From contig OX337236.1 in the NCBI GenBank assembly GCA_946965045.2, forward strand, positions 1,488,001-1,552,000: DNA of 64,000 bases, given 5' to 3'. Origin of the DNA: Epithemia pelagica. Taxonomy: Eukaryota; Protista; Bacillariophyta. Shown here in pieces: positions 60,846 through 64,000 of this stretch. The notes beneath the pieces were generated by a model. It was not told the DNA's origin, ran no database searches, and was given only the letters and a program-made list of their open reading frames with translations. Each line of letters opens with the position of its first letter. Position 1 is the first letter of the stretch. Position numbers and translations under genes: made by a program.

Positions 60846-63585
60846 ATGAGCATCGGCGTTGGTAATGTGGACACGAACGAAAACAACCCCAATGTACCGC
60901 TTGGAAGAAATCCATCAGCGCCTTCGTCTTTAAATGGCTTGAAAGGCAACATCCCTACTTTGGGAAAGCCTGATGTGGCGCCTTTGTCCAAAGCGGCAGC
61001 CAAGAAAAAAGTGGCTCCCCTTCGCAGTCGATCCAATGGCGTCAACGCCGCGTCTGTGGCCAACAATCATCTCCTTATGGACCCTGCTGCTTCGAAAAAG
61101 AAAAAGGGACCTCCCGTCGCACTCAAGCCACCTAATGCAGCGGCAGCCGCGGCCGCAGCCGCTGCCTTTTATGCGCCCCCACCCTACATGGCCTACGGAC
61201 CACCACCCATGGGAATGCCGCCACCTCCTCCCGGTAAGGCGGGTCAATATGCACCACCACCTCATCCAGCCTATGGCTACCCTCATCCTGCCGCCTATCC
61301 AATGCATCATCACCATCCTCATCATCCGGTCTATGCCTTTCCTCCTCCACCCTATCCCATGCCAACCGCCAGACCAACCAAGGCGGTCACCAAAAAGCCA
61401 AAGAAATCCAAAGCAGCCGCCTCAAAAGCTGCCAAACAAGCACAACAGTCCAAAAAGGTGGCTGCTGCACCTGTAGCTCCTCCACCCCCCGTGCCGTCCA
61501 GTTCCAACGAGGCACTGAAACATCGAATGGCCAGTCGACCACTTCCAATTACCTCTGCACAACAACCTCCAAGTGCGCCTCTTGGAGTGCCTGGAGCCAT
61601 CCCAGGAGATGCCAAGCAAGGAGGAGGACATCCTCTTACTGACATGGATCGACGAGATACCAAACCACAAGTAATGGCTCCTTCTGTAGAGTCTGCCGAG
61701 ACTTCCTGGACTAAGGACGACGATGAGAAACTCAAAACTCTAGTAGAAGAACACGGGAGCAAGAATTGGGACATTATAGCCAAAAAAATGCCAGGCCGAT
61801 CGGAACAAAGCTGTGTTTCGCGATGGCAAAAGGTTTTGAAACCTCAATTGGTCAAGGGACCATGGACCGAAGAGGAAGACAAGAAGCTCATGGAACTCGT
61901 AAAAGAAGTTGGGGCCAAACGATGGACTCACATTGCAGGGGAACTACCGGGTCGAAACGGTAAACAATGCCGAGAGCGATGGCATAATCATTTGAATCCT
62001 TCCATTACCAAAAGGGCGTGGAATGTCGAAGAAGACCGAACCATCTTGGAATGCCACATGTCCATGGGGAATAAATGGGCTGGAATCGCCAAGTATCTTC
62101 CGGGAAGGTAAGTTGTTTTTCCGTAGCAGTATTTGTGGATACGATGAGACCGAGCAACTGATTCCAATTATGTTGTTTGTTTCTAGAACTGACAATGCCA
62201 TCAAGAATCATTGGAACTCGTCCATGAGGAAAAAGGTCGAGAAATATCTGGCACACAAGTTGGGAGTTGACGAATCACAAATCAAGCCCAGAGAAGACGG
62301 TCGGTACGATGGCATGCTGAACGATGTCGATAACTTACTGAGAGCTGTACGGGAATCAGAGCCATCGTCACGAGGAAGCAGTCAATCGAAACGAGCAAAG
62401 TTAAATGCCGCTTCTGCATCTGTCGCCTCGGCATCTCGCATAGGTTTCTTTCCCTACCCCTCCCTGTCGACCTATGCCAACTATTTGTCAACAGGAGAAA
62501 GTGCAGTGTTGCCCTCCACTGCGTGGACATCATGGGCCAGTCAAACAACCTCTCCCTACATAACGGCCCCTCAAACACCACCAGGTGAGAAGAAGGCCGA
62601 TGGCGAATGTTTAAGCGCCAGAAAATCCATTTTCGATGAGACTTCGCCCGGTCTGTTTGGAGGGAACTTGGAAGAACGACTAGGCAACAGTCCTTCGTTT
62701 GGAAAAGTTCAGGGAATGACTCCAGGATCTACCTTTGGAGACACATGTACCACCCCATTCCCCAGCGATACTCAAATGAAGCTGTCACCAGAGGAAGCGG
62801 AAAGCCTTAACAAGACTTTATTTTCCGAAGGAGTCATGACCCCCTTTCCCAAGACTCCCAACTTGAATCAACACCGGCCGAGGGAAGCAATACGATTTCA
62901 CATTGGTTCCATTGAAAAAGAAAACAAAACCAAGATCAGCAACATGAGGTTTGGCGGCTGCGTTCCGATATCGCCCCTGGCGGACAAACGGTCAAGAGCG
63001 GGTCTGTATGACGAGGATGTCTCCATGGATCAAGACTCGGGACCTAGCTTTCCAGACCTGGAAAGGTCAAAGTCTCCCACAGAACAAAAGAATACGTCAC
63101 AGTTTGAAGACGTAATGCCGCCACCAAAGCCGTTCTCCAGCGAGGTTGTCAATCATCTTGCACCTTCTACGGCCAAAAAATCCCATGAGAAAACACCGAC
63201 ACGGGACGTTGATCTGTTTGTTGTACCACCCCATTCGATTGACGCAGACAAGTTTTTGAAGGATTTGGAAACACCAGCCACTAGTCGAACCGTGGAGATG
63301 GGCGAGTCCTTTTGGAATGATGATCCGGACGCAGGGTTGAGTCCAATGCCCATGCATTTCACACCCGCAAGTCGCACAGTTAAAGCAAGCGACAACAATG
63401 CAAGTTCGACCAAGAAAAGGCCCCTGTCGTCAGAGCCATGTCCCGGTCATCAGTCCACGTCGAGTCCTCCAGATTTCAAACGACACAGGAACGAAAGTAG
63501 TAGTCAAGAACAGCAAGCTTCAATTCCAGAGGAGAACAAACGATCCTCCGAAACCAACCATGGAGTCGTTTCGGTCTCCCAGTAG
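60846..63585 (+). CDS. R1R2R3-MYB (MYB3R) transcription factor; join(60846..62107,62187..63585)
   Basis: Three Myb repeats (WTKDDD, KGPWTEEED...KQCRERWHNHL, WNVEED...NKW). A phase-2 GTAAGT...CTAG intron restores GRTDNAIKNHWNS. Confidence 0.95.
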
Positions 63586-64000
63586 CACGATTGATGGGAC
63601 CTTTTCTCCTAGAAGTTAGACGTAAGACATAACGTAGTACGAAACAGTGATGACAATGACAAAAATGTGAAACGCCATTCATCGTCTATCTACCTATGTA
63701 CTCCTACTCCTAGGTTGTTTTGTCCTAAAAAGAAACTGGTTGTCGGTTGTCCATAGGCGATCGCGGGATTCGATTTCCATCTGCTAGCTATAGGAAGCTC
63801 GTGCGCGAGCACATAGGTAGATAGCGATCGTGCAACTGCTAGCTAGGGGTGGACAGCGGAGTACCTACCGTAAACCGTGAACGGTTGCCTACTCCACAAT
63901 CCAAAAAGAATAGCTAGTTTCCTTGTGCAGATTTTTAAACACGAAACTAGTGGTAGAAATAGCTTAAACGGATTGGTACGGTAAGAATTGGGGCTATCCC

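Overview
This is a eukaryotic, gene-dense window, most likely from a pennate diatom. That call is an inference from signal peptides followed by ASAF-like motifs, a nuclear-encoded plastid sigma factor, ~80-130 bp GT-AG introns, and diatom-type copia and LINE elements. Host genes include a sigma-70 factor, an NFACT-R protein, eIF5B, a SAM methyltransferase, a DnaJ/DnaJ-X protein, a cold-shock protein, a Uma2-like nuclease, a Regnase-like PIN RNase, an M3 peptidase, an STI1-like protein, a fibrillin, a KRE6/SKN1-like GH16, eIF2A and MYB3R. The centre holds a 14.7 kb nested mobile block. Its outer part is a full-length APE-RT-RNaseH (Ambal-like) LINE at 19950-34671, with a 17-bp TSD and a sense-strand T14 tail. 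Its 3' UTR carries a 6972-bp Ty1/copia-type element (27655-34626). That copia element is the standout. It has a Gag ORF and an uninterrupted PR-IN-RT-RH ORF but no long direct repeats. It is bounded instead by perfect 49-bp terminal inverted repeats (TG...CA) and a 4-bp TSD. It also has a 66-nt hairpin left end followed by a PBS-like motif, a tRNA-like A/B-box cassette in its leader, and a single in-frame UGA between gag and pol. The window also contains two TIR-bounded non-autonomous DNA elements (TA and TAA TSDs) and a ~99% identical 594-bp direct repeat 41.7 kb apart. All calls were made by eye; no database searches were run.
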